Below the pieces are notes generated by a model, which saw only the letters and a program-made list of their open reading frames with translations, was not told the origin of the DNA and did no database searches. This document shows, piece by piece, positions 9,613 to 22,136 of a stretch of 64,000 nt of DNA (the first letter of the stretch is position 1; each line of letters starts with the position of its first letter). A program made the translations under genes and the position numbers. Origin of the DNA: Candidatus Binatia bacterium (GTDB taxonomy: Bacteria > Desulfobacterota > Binatia > HRBIN30); assembly GCA_038245295.1 (NCBI GenBank), contig JBBRSP010000001.1:224001-288000 (forward strand), read 5' to 3'.

Positions 9613-10695
9613 ATGGCATCCGCGAAGCCGAAGCTGACCGCCGTCAAAGATCATCCGTACAAGGTTGGTGTTGTCAACGAGCAGGGCTTACCGTTGGCCA
9701 TCGAGGCCAAACGTGACCGCTCGGTCGACGGCTTGTGCCGCTGGATGAAGGCCAACGATGCCTGGTTGCAGGAACAGTTGACACACTACGGCGCCCTGCT
9801 GTTTCGGGGCTTCGATGTTGATGGTCCGGCCGAGTTTGAACGCATCGCGCGGCGCATCGACGACGAGCTGAAGAACAACTACCTGGGCACCTCACCACGC
9901 GACGCGCTCACCGAGTACGTCTTCTCGGCCAGCGAGTTGCCGGGCTACTATCCGATCCCTCAACACTGCGAGATGAGCTTTATCGCCAATCCACCGCGCC
10001 GTCTGTTCTTCTCTTGCTTGATCGAACCGGGGCCGAACATGGGTGAAACCCCGCTCGTCGACTTTCGGGCCGTGTGGCGCGACATGAACCCTGCCGTGCG
10101 TGATCGTTTCGTCCAGGGCGGTATCCGGGTCGTGCGCAATTACAGCGGCCCGTCGGGTGGCAGTCGCTTTGAGTTGTCGCAGCTGAAGCGCTGGGACGAG
10201 ATGTTCCGCACGACGGACCGTGCCGAGGTTGAGCGCCAGTGTCGACAAGAGAACATGGAGTCCGAATGGATCGGCGCCGACGGCCTGCGCTTGATCAATT
10301 ACACCCCGGTTTATCGTGATCATCCGGTGACCGGCGAACGCGTCTGGCACAACCATACGCAGGTCTTTCACCTGTCGGCCGCTGCGGGCGAATACCAGCG
10401 TATCGCGGCGCTACGGCCGACCTGGAAGAACTGGGCGATCTGGCAATTCTCGCGCGCCCTGGAGATGGTGAACCGAGCCCGCCGTTCCTCCGACGAGCAG
10501 CCGATGCACTGCACCTATCGCGACGGGCGCGAGATCCCCGACGGCGATATGGAACACGTACGCGACATGATCTGGAAACACATCGTCATCAATCCCTGGA
10601 AGAAAGGGGATGTCGTCGCCATCGACAATCATTCCGTGTCACACGGACGCCTGCCTTACGAGGGGCCACGGCAGGTGTGTGTTTGCTGGGCTTGA
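9613..10695 (+). CDS. TauD/TfdA-family Fe(II)/2-oxoglutarate dioxygenase (SyrP-like)
   Basis: YGALLFRGF, HxE motif (PQHCEMS), GETPLVD, WKKGDVVAIDNHSVSHGR. Confidence 0.88.
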   Translation: MASAKPKLTAVKDHPYKVGVVNEQGLPLAIEAKRDRSVDGLCRWMKANDAWLQEQLTHYGALLFRGFDVDGPAEFERIARRIDDELKNNYLGTSPRDALTEYVFSASELPGYYPIPQHCEMSFIANPPRRLFFSCLIEPGPNMGETPLVDFRAVWRDMNPAVRDRFVQGGIRVVRNYSGPSGGSRFELSQLKRWDEMFRTTDRAEVERQCRQENMESEWIGADGLRLINYTPVYRDHPVTGERVWHNHTQVFHLSAAAGEYQRIAALRPTWKNWAIWQFSRALEMVNRARRSSDEQPMHCTYRDGREIPDGDMEHVRDMIWKHIVINPWKKGDVVAIDNHSVSHGRLPYEGPRQVCVCWA

Positions 10696-10867
10696 AGTTC
10701 GCCTGATCGGTCGTCTCCTGTTCCGTCTCGACGCGTCGGCCTGTCAACTGGTGCCGCATAAAGGGTGTCAGCTGGACGGGACGCCGTGTCTGCTCGCGTG
10801 GACTGTATGCTCCGCTGGGGACCCTGATCGACACGAATCGCCTTGGCGGGTCGCACGTCAACGAATT

Positions 10868-10883
10868 GGGCATGGTTCTCGCA
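10868..10883 (+). promoter_or_regulatory. Putative sigma54 (-24/-12) promoter
   Basis: GGGCAT-ggttc-TCGCA with GG-N10-GC spacing; direct repeats TGTCA(A/G)CTGG at 10742 and 10766 at enhancer distance. Confidence 0.5.
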
Positions 10884-10893
10884 TATACCCCAA

Positions 10894-11018
10894 CCGGGCC
10901 GAGAGGCATTGGATTCTCTCGGTTGACGCACACGCGTTCACCTTGGGCGCGGTGACTTGGGGGCGAACGGCGGGGGAAGAACGGCACGGCGCTGCGAGGC
11001 GCGGTGCCGGTTCTTTTT
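10894..11018 (+). ncRNA. Candidate small RNA with three stem-loops and an intrinsic terminator
   Basis: CCGAGAG/CTCTCGG hairpin (10899-10922), TCACC/GGTGA hairpin, G-rich linker, then AAGAACGGCAC..GTGCCGGTTCTTTTT terminator; no credible ORF. Confidence 0.5.
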
Positions 11019-11087
11019 GCGGCGGCGGCACCGGTTGCGGAGACCGGTCGCTGACATACCGCCTGTCCGCTGGTATGAAGAGCGACC

Positions 11088-12410
11088 ATGTCTGCAAACC
11101 TGAAAGAGATTCCGCGCATCGGCCTAAAGGCAGCGATCCAAGCCCTGCTGAGTCAGGGGGGTGGCCGCATCAACATGCTGTCCACCCTCCAAGAGGCACA
11201 CCAGCGTCTCGGCCCCGTCGCCGGTCAGCAAGCGGGCCCATTCCTTTTGGTCCATCTCTTCGGTCCCGATGCCAATCGCTTCGTCTTGCTCGATAAGGAC
11301 AATCTGTTCTCTGCGCGCCGGCCGTGGATGCAGATCATGGGCAAGATTTTCCCCAATGGCCTCCTGCTGCGCGACGGTGCCGAACATAAGCAGCATCGCA
11401 AGATCATGTACGAGGCATTCAAGCGCACGCCACTGCACGATTACGGCGGGCGCATGGGGCCAATGATCGAGGCGGGGATTTCCGAGTGGGGCGGGGCGTC
11501 GCGCAGTGCCTTTGCTTCGTACAAGAAGCTGACGCTGACGATGGCGGCGGCGATCTTCGTCGGAGCCGAGATCGGTAGCGATACGGGCCTGATGAACAAG
11601 GCCTTCGAAGATATGGTCGCCGCGTCGATGTCGCGCATCCGCCTGCGAATCCCGGGCCTTGAGTTCTATCGCGGCCTGAAGGGCCGTGAGTTCATGCTCG
11701 ACTATCTGCGTCGGCTCATGCCGGCCAAGCGCGCGACCGCGACCTCCGACATGTTCAGCCGTCTATGCCACGCCGTCAGTGAAGACGGTGATCGCTTCAA
11801 CGATGCGGATATCCTCGACCACATGGTCTTCCTGATGATGGCAGCGCACGATACGACGACGAGCTCGTTGACGTCGATGACCTATGAGCTCGGGCGTCAC
11901 CCCGAGTGGCAAGAACGAGTGCGTGCCGAAAGCCAGGCGCTGGGCAAACCCTACGTCGAATTCGAAGACGTGGAACGTTTGCCGACGCTGACCCTGGTCA
12001 TGAAGGAAACCCTGCGTCGCTATCCACCGCTGCCGGTGATTCCGCGCATCGCGACACGTGATTTCGAATGGGAAGGTTGCCGCATCCCTGAAGGGGCCAT
12101 GGTTGTGGTATCGCCAATCCACACGCACCACATGCCGGAGTGGTGGCCCGAGCCGTTGCGCTTCGATCCGGAGCGTTTCTCACCGGCGCGTGCGGAAGAC
12201 GAGAAACACACCCACTCCTGGGTGCCGTTCGGCGGTGGGCATCACCTCTGCCTCGGCTTCAAGTTCGCCGAGCTGCAGATCAAAGCGGTCATGCACCAAC
12301 TCGTGAGTCGCTACCGGTGGACGATCCCGGCCGAGTATCGCATGCCAGTGCAACAGGCGCCGATCTCCAAGCCGCTCGATGGGTTGCCACTCAGGTTCGA
12401 TCGATTGTAG
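11088..12410 (+). CDS. Cytochrome P450 (CYP136-like)
   Basis: AAHDTT I-helix, ETLR, FDPERF, FGGGHHLCLG heme motif. Confidence 0.95.
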   Translation: MSANLKEIPRIGLKAAIQALLSQGGGRINMLSTLQEAHQRLGPVAGQQAGPFLLVHLFGPDANRFVLLDKDNLFSARRPWMQIMGKIFPNGLLLRDGAEHKQHRKIMYEAFKRTPLHDYGGRMGPMIEAGISEWGGASRSAFASYKKLTLTMAAAIFVGAEIGSDTGLMNKAFEDMVAASMSRIRLRIPGLEFYRGLKGREFMLDYLRRLMPAKRATATSDMFSRLCHAVSEDGDRFNDADILDHMVFLMMAAHDTTTSSLTSMTYELGRHPEWQERVRAESQALGKPYVEFEDVERLPTLTLVMKETLRRYPPLPVIPRIATRDFEWEGCRIPEGAMVVVSPIHTHHMPEWWPEPLRFDPERFSPARAEDEKHTHSWVPFGGGHHLCLGFKFAELQIKAVMHQLVSRYRWTIPAEYRMPVQQAPISKPLDGLPLRFDRL

Positions 12411-12637
12411 ATCGCCGGGCAGGTCGTTTTCCTTCCAGGCAGAGCTAGGGCTGGAACTCGTCGAGCAACAATCAGCGCGCGCGCGCGCTGGCCTGGACGG
12501 TTTGGCCGTCAGATTGTCTCTTTCCTCGGGGGCGTGGCGTAGGTCCAAAAGCTATTCAGGCTTGATGATGCGGATTCGTAGCATGCGCGTGGGACGCTTG
12601 CCGAAGCAAGGGTGCGCCGAAGGCGAAGCTTTCGCGC

Positions 12638-12673
12638 AAAAAAGAGGGGGTGGCCACTGGCCACCCCCTCTTT
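12638..12673 (-). terminator. Intrinsic terminator of hppA (possibly bidirectional)
   Basis: Perfect 16-bp arms AAAGAGGGGGTGGCCA-C-TGGCCACCCCCTCTTT with a T-run on the minus strand. Confidence 0.85.
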
Positions 12674-12698
12674 CGCGAAAACGTAGAGAAACGCCCGC

Positions 12699-15128
<2,430 letters not shown>

Positions 15129-15520
15129 CTTGAGCTCCCTCGGAATTTGTACACACCCGCAACGATCCTGCGCGCGGAGACCGCAATTATCGCCGAGAGG
15201 CGATTCTCCGCCGCGCCGTTCTGTGAACGGACGTCTTGGGCTGTTTGTGAACCGCCGCCTTATGACAAATGGGCTGCCGAAAGACAAGTCAGCCATTAGC
15301 AAGCCTACGGCCCGGTACCCGTTGGCGCAGGGCACTTGATTGTTTTGCCGATGACGTCGTGCCTAAGGCTTCGGAAGCAGACCGAGCGACACTGGGACAC
15401 GGACCATGGGGTATTCCCTAGGTTCCAATGCTCGGGAATTGTCGCTACCTGCTGGCTTGGAAAACGTTCAGGTTCGGCGCCCGGCGGGCGGATTCAGTTG
15501 ACCGGAGAAGGAGTTAGAAC

Positions 15521-18500
15521 ATGAAGCGGCAGACTATTCTCTCGTTGGCGACGAGCTTCGTCGCAGCATTCGGTACGATGGCCAGCGCGGCCACCACATG
15601 GAACGTGCCGGGCAACAACTCGAACGTGTGCACCACGGTGAACCCGAACTGCAACACGATCCAGCAAGCGGTCACCGCGTCGACGAGCGGCGATACTATT
15701 CTGATCGGCGCCGGAACGTTCTCTGGTACCAACAACTTCAATATTGTTCTCAGCAAGTCGCTCACCATTACGGGTGCCGGCCGCACTAGCACCTTCGTCC
15801 AACCCAACGCCGGCTCGCTCGGCTTCTCGATCCGCACCAACAACATCACGATCAGCGATATGACGATCCAGAACGGCAACGTCGGCGTCATCTTTACGAA
15901 TGCGACGAGCGATAACACTCATCTGACGCGCATCGATTTCCTGGCGAACGCGACGCGCAGCGTCGACGTCTCGACGACCGCGGCCTTTCCCGTGACCAAC
16001 GTCACCATCACCGACTGCAAGTTGAATTCGCCCTCGGCCGGCATCCGCATGGCATCGAACGCCCAGGTGAACGGGTTCACGATCTCCGACTCCACCTTCG
16101 ACGGCAACCAGTACGGCATCTACGTCGCCAACGACGGCAACACCTCGAAGCTCAGCAACCTGTCGATCAGCAACTCGACGTTCAAGAACCAAATCTCCTA
16201 CGGCATCTATGCGGAGGAAATGCGCGATTCGACGATTCAGGACTCGACCTTCACGAGCACTGGTGTCGGCATCGGCATCTTCAAGTTCTACAGCGGCAAC
16301 GCGACGGCGATTTCCAACCTCACCATTCAGCGCAATCAGTTCTCGAAACACCGAAGCGCACCACTCGACATCGAAATCTATGCCATGGCTTTGCTGAACC
16401 CAATCGCCATCTCCGGCAATACGTTCGATATGGATGTCAGCCTCCTGACGTCGAACGCTTCCGCCATCTTCACCTATCTGAGTAACAGCTTCGCCACCCA
16501 CGCGGCGATCAACATCACGAACAATACATTCACCGCATCGGGAACCTTCGCTGGCGCCACAGCGACGCATGGCGTTCGAATGCGCGGCAACGGGCCCGTG
16601 GTCGTCACGGGAAACTACTTCGACGGCGGCAACGTCGGCGGCGCCGGTACGACTCCGGACAGCAGCGCCCTTTTCATCGAAGCCAACACCGGCTCGATGG
16701 CAGCGACGGCGACGTTCACCGCTTCGTGCAACCGCATCAGCGGCTTCGAGAATGGCGTCAGCGTGTTCAATTCCACAGCGGGCGTCTACGGCGGGCTTCC
16801 CGTCGGCGCGACGCTGACGCTGACGAACAACAACATCGTCGGCAACAGCATTGTCGGCGTGATCAACGGCGCCGCCCCGCCAACCGTGAGTGCACAGAAC
16901 AACTGGTGGGGTTGCATCGCCGGCCCGGGCAATGCCGGCTGCGATGCGGTCACCGGCGGCGTTGATGCCAGCAGCTTCGCGACGACGCCCTCCACCTGCG
17001 CCCCCTGCCACAGCAACGCGCAGTGCGAAGACTTTAACCCTTGCACCGTCGACGCCTGTTCGATGACTTGTTCAAACACCGCTGGCAACGCCGGCGCGAT
17101 CTGCCGCGCCGCCGTCGACGTCTGTGATCTGGCCGAGACGTGCACCGGATCGAGCATCACCTGCCCGACCGATTCGAAGGGCACCAGCGTCTGTCGGCCC
17201 GCGGCCGGCGCCTGCGATCTTGCGGAAAGCTGCGATGGTATCGGCAACACCTGTCCCGCCGATGCCAAGAGCACGTCTGTGTGCCGCCCCTCGGCCGGCG
17301 ATTGCGACGTTGCGGAGAGCTGCGACGGGTTCCTCGACGCGTGTCCCACGGATGCGTTTCAATCCAGCACGCAGGTGTGTCGTATCGCAGCCGATATCTG
17401 CGATGCCGCCGAGAATTGCACCGGATCAAGCGCGGCATGTCCTGCTGATGCCTTCCAGGCCAGCACGGTCATTTGCCGCGCCTCGGCGGGCACCTGCGAC
17501 CCGGCCGAAAACTGCAGCGGCTCCGCTGCTGCGTGCCCGGTCGACGCCAAGAGTACTGCTGTTTGCCGCGCCGCGGCTGGCGTCTGCGATATTGCGGAAA
17601 GCTGCGATGGGGTGGGCAACGCCTGTCCGGTCGATGCCAAGAGCATAGCGGTCTGTCGGCCCGCGGCCGATGTGTGTGACGTCAGCGAGAGCTGCAACGG
17701 CATCGCGGACAGCTGCCCGGTCGACGACTTCAAGCCGAGCACGCAGGTGTGTCGTGCCGCCGCCGGGGTTTGCGACGTGGCGGAGAACTGCACTGGGTCG
17801 GGTGCGACGTGCCCAGCCGACAGCTTCCAGCCCAGCACCCTGGTCTGCCGTGCCAGCGCTGGGGGCTGTGACATAGCCGAGAGCTGCACCGGCTCCGGCG
17901 CTGCCTGCCCAGGCGACAACTTCAAGCCCAGCACTCAGGTGTGTCGTGCCGCCGCCAGCAACTGCGACATCGCCGAGAGCTGCACCGGCTCGCAAGCCGC
18001 CTGTCCGGCCGATGCGCTGCAGCCAGATGGCACCATCTGTAACGTCGGTAACTTCTGCTCGGTCGGCGTGTGCCAGGCGCCCAACTCGCTCGTCCTGAGC
18101 CGGGCCAGACTGAACGTGAATACTCTCGACACGCGAACCGATGGTCGCGCTTTCGCCCGTTCGCTGGTCAACGATAACGACACCGGCGGAACACTGGAAA
18201 CGCAACTGGTCGCCGGTGCGGTGACGATCCGGATCCACGATGGCGGCGTCTTCGACGTCACCCGCACTCTGAGCAGCTGCAAGAAATACAGAACGCGCGT
18301 CAGCTGTCAGAGTGTCGACCGCAAGGTCAAGGTGAACTTCGCGTATCGCCCCGGCCCGTACATCTATCGGATGCGCGTTCGATTCGGCGGGCTCGGCAGC
18401 GCCGAGACCGGCTACACGCAGCCGACCGGCCCGGTCACGGTTGTGCTCGATCAGGGAAACACGAAACGCGATGATGTAATCGGCAACCTCGTCCCCTGCT

Positions 18501-18541
18501 GGTCCCACCGACCGACGCGGCTTACCTGTCGCGAAGACTAG
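15521..18541 (+). CDS. Secreted right-handed beta-helix protein with ten disintegrin-like Cys-rich repeats and a C-terminal domain
   Basis: RBS GAAGGAG, signal peptide, TIQQAV..GDTILIGAGTF and Asn-ladder repeats, AQNNWWG, then CRx5CDxxExCxGx4CPxD x10. Confidence 0.85.
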   Translation: MKRQTILSLATSFVAAFGTMASAATTWNVPGNNSNVCTTVNPNCNTIQQAVTASTSGDTILIGAGTFSGTNNFNIVLSKSLTITGAGRTSTFVQPNAGSLGFSIRTNNITISDMTIQNGNVGVIFTNATSDNTHLTRIDFLANATRSVDVSTTAAFPVTNVTITDCKLNSPSAGIRMASNAQVNGFTISDSTFDGNQYGIYVANDGNTSKLSNLSISNSTFKNQISYGIYAEEMRDSTIQDSTFTSTGVGIGIFKFYSGNATAISNLTIQRNQFSKHRSAPLDIEIYAMALLNPIAISGNTFDMDVSLLTSNASAIFTYLSNSFATHAAINITNNTFTASGTFAGATATHGVRMRGNGPVVVTGNYFDGGNVGGAGTTPDSSALFIEANTGSMAATATFTASCNRISGFENGVSVFNSTAGVYGGLPVGATLTLTNNNIVGNSIVGVINGAAPPTVSAQNNWWGCIAGPGNAGCDAVTGGVDASSFATTPSTCAPCHSNAQCEDFNPCTVDACSMTCSNTAGNAGAICRAAVDVCDLAETCTGSSITCPTDSKGTSVCRPAAGACDLAESCDGIGNTCPADAKSTSVCRPSAGDCDVAESCDGFLDACPTDAFQSSTQVCRIAADICDAAENCTGSSAACPADAFQASTVICRASAGTCDPAENCSGSAAACPVDAKSTAVCRAAAGVCDIAESCDGVGNACPVDAKSIAVCRPAADVCDVSESCNGIADSCPVDDFKPSTQVCRAAAGVCDVAENCTGSGATCPADSFQPSTLVCRASAGGCDIAESCTGSGAACPGDNFKPSTQVCRAAASNCDIAESCTGSQAACPADALQPDGTICNVGNFCSVGVCQAPNSLVLSRARLNVNTLDTRTDGRAFARSLVNDNDTGGTLETQLVAGAVTIRIHDGGVFDVTRTLSSCKKYRTRVSCQSVDRKVKVNFAYRPGPYIYRMRVRFGGLGSAETGYTQPTGPVTVVLDQGNTKRDDVIGNLVPCWSHRPTRLTCRED
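17092..18073 (+). repeat. Intragenic array of ten 90/96-bp repeats encoding disintegrin-like units
   Basis: Unit example TQVCRAAAGVCDVAENCTGSGATCPADSFQPS. Confidence 0.9.
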
Positions 18542-18634
18542 TAACTCCTCCAGAAAACCTTGCCCGGGAAAGCCCGGGCAAGGTTGGACCAGCGCGCGGG
18601 CTCTGATGCACGAGGCCTCGCCCGATCCATCCGC

Positions 18635-20833
18635 ATGCTCCCAACATCGATTACCGAGTACTCGAAGCAAGTTCGCATCGCCGCCGCGGTAGTGATCGCC
18701 ATCTGCGGCCTGTTCACGCTGCGCTTCCTACTACCGACCAATCCGCCGACCCTGCAGTATCTCGTGCGAGCGTCCCTCGTGGCGGTTGCCGGCGCTGTGC
18801 TCGTCGTTCTGCAGCGCCAGCGCCGGCGGCGTGATCGACGGCAGCTTGACGCGTTGCTGGCGACACGCGACGCGAACGAAGCAGCCCTGCGCGCCAGCGA
18901 GCAACAGATGCGTCTTTTCTTTGAGAACACTCCCGACCTTGTTTACCGTCTCAATGCGGACGACATCTATGTGTCGATAAGCCCGTCGGTGCGCCGCTAC
19001 GGTTACGAACCTGAGGAGATGATTGGCCAGCACGGCTCGGCGCCGGCCGCTGATCTTGAGCGCTGGAAGCAAATCATGAAGGAGCGTGACCGGCGCGGCG
19101 GCCTCGACGATCGCGACATCGAGTTCAGGGCTCGCGACGGAAGGCTGGTCACGCTGGCCATCACCTCGCGGGCCATCCGTGGTTCGGACGGCCAGCTTGT
19201 CGGCTGGCATGGCATCGCTCGCGATGTAACGGAGCGGCGTCGATTGACCGAGGATCTGGTTCGTTCGCAACGCCAGGCCGAGGCGGCCAGCCGCGCCAAG
19301 TCCGACTTCATTGCCAACATCAGCCACGAGATCCGCAACCCGTTGGCCGGTACCTTGGGAATGCTGGAAATCCTCCTCGAGACGGAGCTGTCTCCGCCAA
19401 TGCGCGGCTGGGCCGAGGCCGCCAAGGACTCTGCCGACACGTTGGCGATGATCGTCGATAATGTTCTCGACCTGGCGAAGATCGAGGCGCATGCGATTCA
19501 ATTGGAGGCGGTCGAGTTTTCGTTGATCGAGGTGCTCAGACCGACGATCAGAACCCACGCCGTTCATGCCCATCAGAAAGGTCTCGAGTTCTTCTATCGC
19601 CCTGCGGTCGATTTGCCGCACCGACTTGTCGGGGACCCAACGCGTCTGCGCCAGGTGGTTTCCAATCTCCTCGGCAATGCCTTGAAGTTCACCAGATCGG
19701 GCTCGATCAGCGTGTCGGTCGACGCCGAACGACGTCCCGGCCGTCCGTGGCTGCTGCGCGTCGACGTTGCAGACACCGGCATGGGTATCGCCGCCGATCA
19801 ACGACGCGCCATCTTCGGGCGCTTCGTGCAGGCTGATGTATCGGTGACGCGGGAGCATGGGGGAGCGGGCCTGGGCCTGCCGATCTGTATCGAGCTGGCC
19901 CGATTGATGAACGGTGGGATCTGGGTCGAGAGCGAGGTCGACAAGGGCTCGACGTTCCATTTCACCGCCGAGTTGGCTGGTAGCGAGGCCTCGGTGGTTG
20001 CGTCATCGCGGGAACTCGGCGGCTTCGCCGTCTTGCTGGTCTCATTGCGGGCCACTCTGTGCGAGGTGGTCGACCTGTATCTGCGACACTGGGGAGGCGA
20101 AGTCGAGATCGTAGGCGACGCGACAACGATGCAGGCCCGTTTGGACCTTTCGCGGGCGCGTGCGCGGCCCTACGATTTGATCCTGATCGACGGTGATCTC
20201 GAAGGTGCTCTCGAGCTGGCGCGGGCGCATCACGCCGCCGCGCCAGAAGGCAGGGCGCCGATTCTACCGATCCTCAAGGTCGGCCGCATCCTGAGCGAAT
20301 GGCCGCTTTGGGAAGGTATCGCCGCCGGGCGTTATGTCGAGAATCCGATCGACCCGGAGGATCTGCACCGGACGTTGGGGACTCTGACACGGCTACCCAG
20401 TGTGCCGACGATGCCCCCGAGCGTCGCGGCTGACGGTGCCCTGCGTGTGTTGCTGGCGGAAGACAGTGAAACGGTGCAAGCCGTCGTCGCGGCGCAGCTG
20501 CGCAAGCGCAACTGCGATGTGACGGTCGTCAGCAATGGCAAACAGGCCGTTGAAGCCGTCGCTCAACGGGCGCGGTTTGATCTGATTCTTCTGGATGTAC
20601 AAATGCCGATCATGAACGGCGTGCAGGCCGCCCGTGCGATTCGCGGGTTGGAGCGTTCGGAGGATGTGCCGGCATTGATTGTGGCGCTGACAGGTCAGGC
20701 GCTGGCGCAGGAACAAGAGAATTGCCGCGCCGCGGGTATGAACGAGCACCTCGTCAAACCGGTTCGCGCGGCAGATCTGGCAGGCCTGGTCGAGCGCCTC
20801 AACGCGCAGCGGGTGGCACCTCCGACGACTTGA
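18635..20833 (+). CDS. Membrane hybrid sensor histidine kinase (2TM-PAS-HisKA-HATPase-degenerate REC-REC)
   Basis: FIANISHEIRNPL H-box, NLLGNALKFT, DTGMGI, GAGLGL, REC with LILLDVQMP and KP. Confidence 0.92.
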   Translation: MLPTSITEYSKQVRIAAAVVIAICGLFTLRFLLPTNPPTLQYLVRASLVAVAGAVLVVLQRQRRRRDRRQLDALLATRDANEAALRASEQQMRLFFENTPDLVYRLNADDIYVSISPSVRRYGYEPEEMIGQHGSAPAADLERWKQIMKERDRRGGLDDRDIEFRARDGRLVTLAITSRAIRGSDGQLVGWHGIARDVTERRRLTEDLVRSQRQAEAASRAKSDFIANISHEIRNPLAGTLGMLEILLETELSPPMRGWAEAAKDSADTLAMIVDNVLDLAKIEAHAIQLEAVEFSLIEVLRPTIRTHAVHAHQKGLEFFYRPAVDLPHRLVGDPTRLRQVVSNLLGNALKFTRSGSISVSVDAERRPGRPWLLRVDVADTGMGIAADQRRAIFGRFVQADVSVTREHGGAGLGLPICIELARLMNGGIWVESEVDKGSTFHFTAELAGSEASVVASSRELGGFAVLLVSLRATLCEVVDLYLRHWGGEVEIVGDATTMQARLDLSRARARPYDLILIDGDLEGALELARAHHAAAPEGRAPILPILKVGRILSEWPLWEGIAAGRYVENPIDPEDLHRTLGTLTRLPSVPTMPPSVAADGALRVLLAEDSETVQAVVAAQLRKRNCDVTVVSNGKQAVEAVAQRARFDLILLDVQMPIMNGVQAARAIRGLERSEDVPALIVALTGQALAQEQENCRAAGMNEHLVKPVRAADLAGLVERLNAQRVAPPTT

Positions 20834-22136
20834 CTGGCAACGAACGCCGCAACACGGCTTCAATATCGGAGATCAACACCGGCTTACGGAGGTAGGCGGT
20901 CATGCCTGCGCGCAGGCAATCGATGCGCGTCGGCGTTTCGCTGCTGGTGATGGCGATGATCGGCGTCTCGGCATGCCGGGGCTTCTGGCGAATCGCGACG
21001 GTGGCTCGAATGCCGTCGAGACGGGGCATGACGAGGTCCATTAGGATGGCATCGAAGTTGTGCGCTTCACACAATTCCACGGCCGCGGCGCCGTCGTTCG
21101 CTTGCAGGCAATCGAAGCCCAAGCGATCCAGCCAGCGCGCCGTCAGGGTTTGGGCGAAGGCGCTGTCGTCGACAACCAGGATGCGGCCGCGACGGGCGCC
21201 CCAGGGATCCGGTGCGGCGGTCGCTGTGGTGTCGCGAGCGGCTTCCGCGCCGGGTTTGTCGATGAAATCGGCGGCGATGACCGTACGATTGGCCAACTGC
21301 CGCAGCTCAGCCACCTCTGCCTCGAGCCGTGCCGCACGTTTGGCTTCGGCGCCGCACCGGAGCTCGGCGGCCTCGAGGGCGGCCAGGGCGTCGGCTGCCT
21401 GTGCGGTTGCGTCGTTGAGCTCGCGATACAGGAGCTCGACGTCCGTTCCGAGCTCAGCGATGTGCGCCTGCCGGCTTGATAACTCCGCGGCGCCCCCGGC
21501 GGAGGAAACACCACTTGCGCGAAGTTCCTGCAGCTCCTTGTGCGCCTCGAAGAAGCGGCGCTCGATCCAGCCGGAAACCTGATTCTGCTGCGAGAGAGCC
21601 TCCCGGGTATCTGCCAGGAGTCGGTTGATAGTCACGGCGTTGTCGAAGGCGCAGATCATCAGTTCGACGTAACGACTCGGATTCGAAGGCAGGAAGTGTT
21701 CTTGCCCCTGCAGTACGATTCGCACCTGGCCGCTGCCCGTCCCGGTTCCATTCCTGGCTCGGTTGGCGAGCACATGTGCGATGTTCCTCGAAATGGTCGC
21801 CGCCGTCCATGGCTTGGCGATAAAGCCATTGGCGCCGGAATGAAGGACTCGCAGCGCATCGTTGGCGGAGGCCATGGGTGTGATCAAGACCACCGGCAGT
21901 GCGGCAAGCGCGGCATCGGCGCGGATGGTCTGACAGAGCTCGTAGCCGTCCATCTCCGGGATCAGCACGTCGCAGAGAAGCAGGGCAGGGAGCTGCTGCC
22001 GCAATGCCTCCAGCGCCTCGGGACCATCCTCGACGACGGCGACTTCGTAGCCCTGTGGTTCCAGAATGGAGCGCAGCTCCGCCGCTTGAGTCGGCGTGTT
22101 CTGGACGACCAGGACTCGCGGCATCGATTCGGTCAT
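20799..22136 (-). CDS. Response regulator with two receiver domains joined by a coiled coil
   Basis: N-terminal REC (LLLCDVLIPEMDGYELC) and C-terminal REC (ILVVDDS, ILMDLVMPRLDG, KP); no output or kinase domain recognised. Confidence 0.85.
   Translation of the reverse strand: MTESMPRVLVVQNTPTQAAELRSILEPQGYEVAVVEDGPEALEALRQQLPALLLCDVLIPEMDGYELCQTIRADAALAALPVVLITPMASANDALRVLHSGANGFIAKPWTAATISRNIAHVLANRARNGTGTGSGQVRIVLQGQEHFLPSNPSRYVELMICAFDNAVTINRLLADTREALSQQNQVSGWIERRFFEAHKELQELRASGVSSAGGAAELSSRQAHIAELGTDVELLYRELNDATAQAADALAALEAAELRCGAEAKRAARLEAEVAELRQLANRTVIAADFIDKPGAEAARDTTATAAPDPWGARRGRILVVDDSAFAQTLTARWLDRLGFDCLQANDGAAAVELCEAHNFDAILMDLVMPRLDGIRATVAIRQKPRHAETPIIAITSSETPTRIDCLRAGMTAYLRKPVLISDIEAVLRRSLPVKSSEVPPAAR

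Noticed and set aside
10958..10979. Pairing of the candidate sRNA G-tracts with the C-rich loop at 36681-36688
   Set aside because: Only about 7 nt of low-complexity complementarity; not evidence without target prediction and conservation
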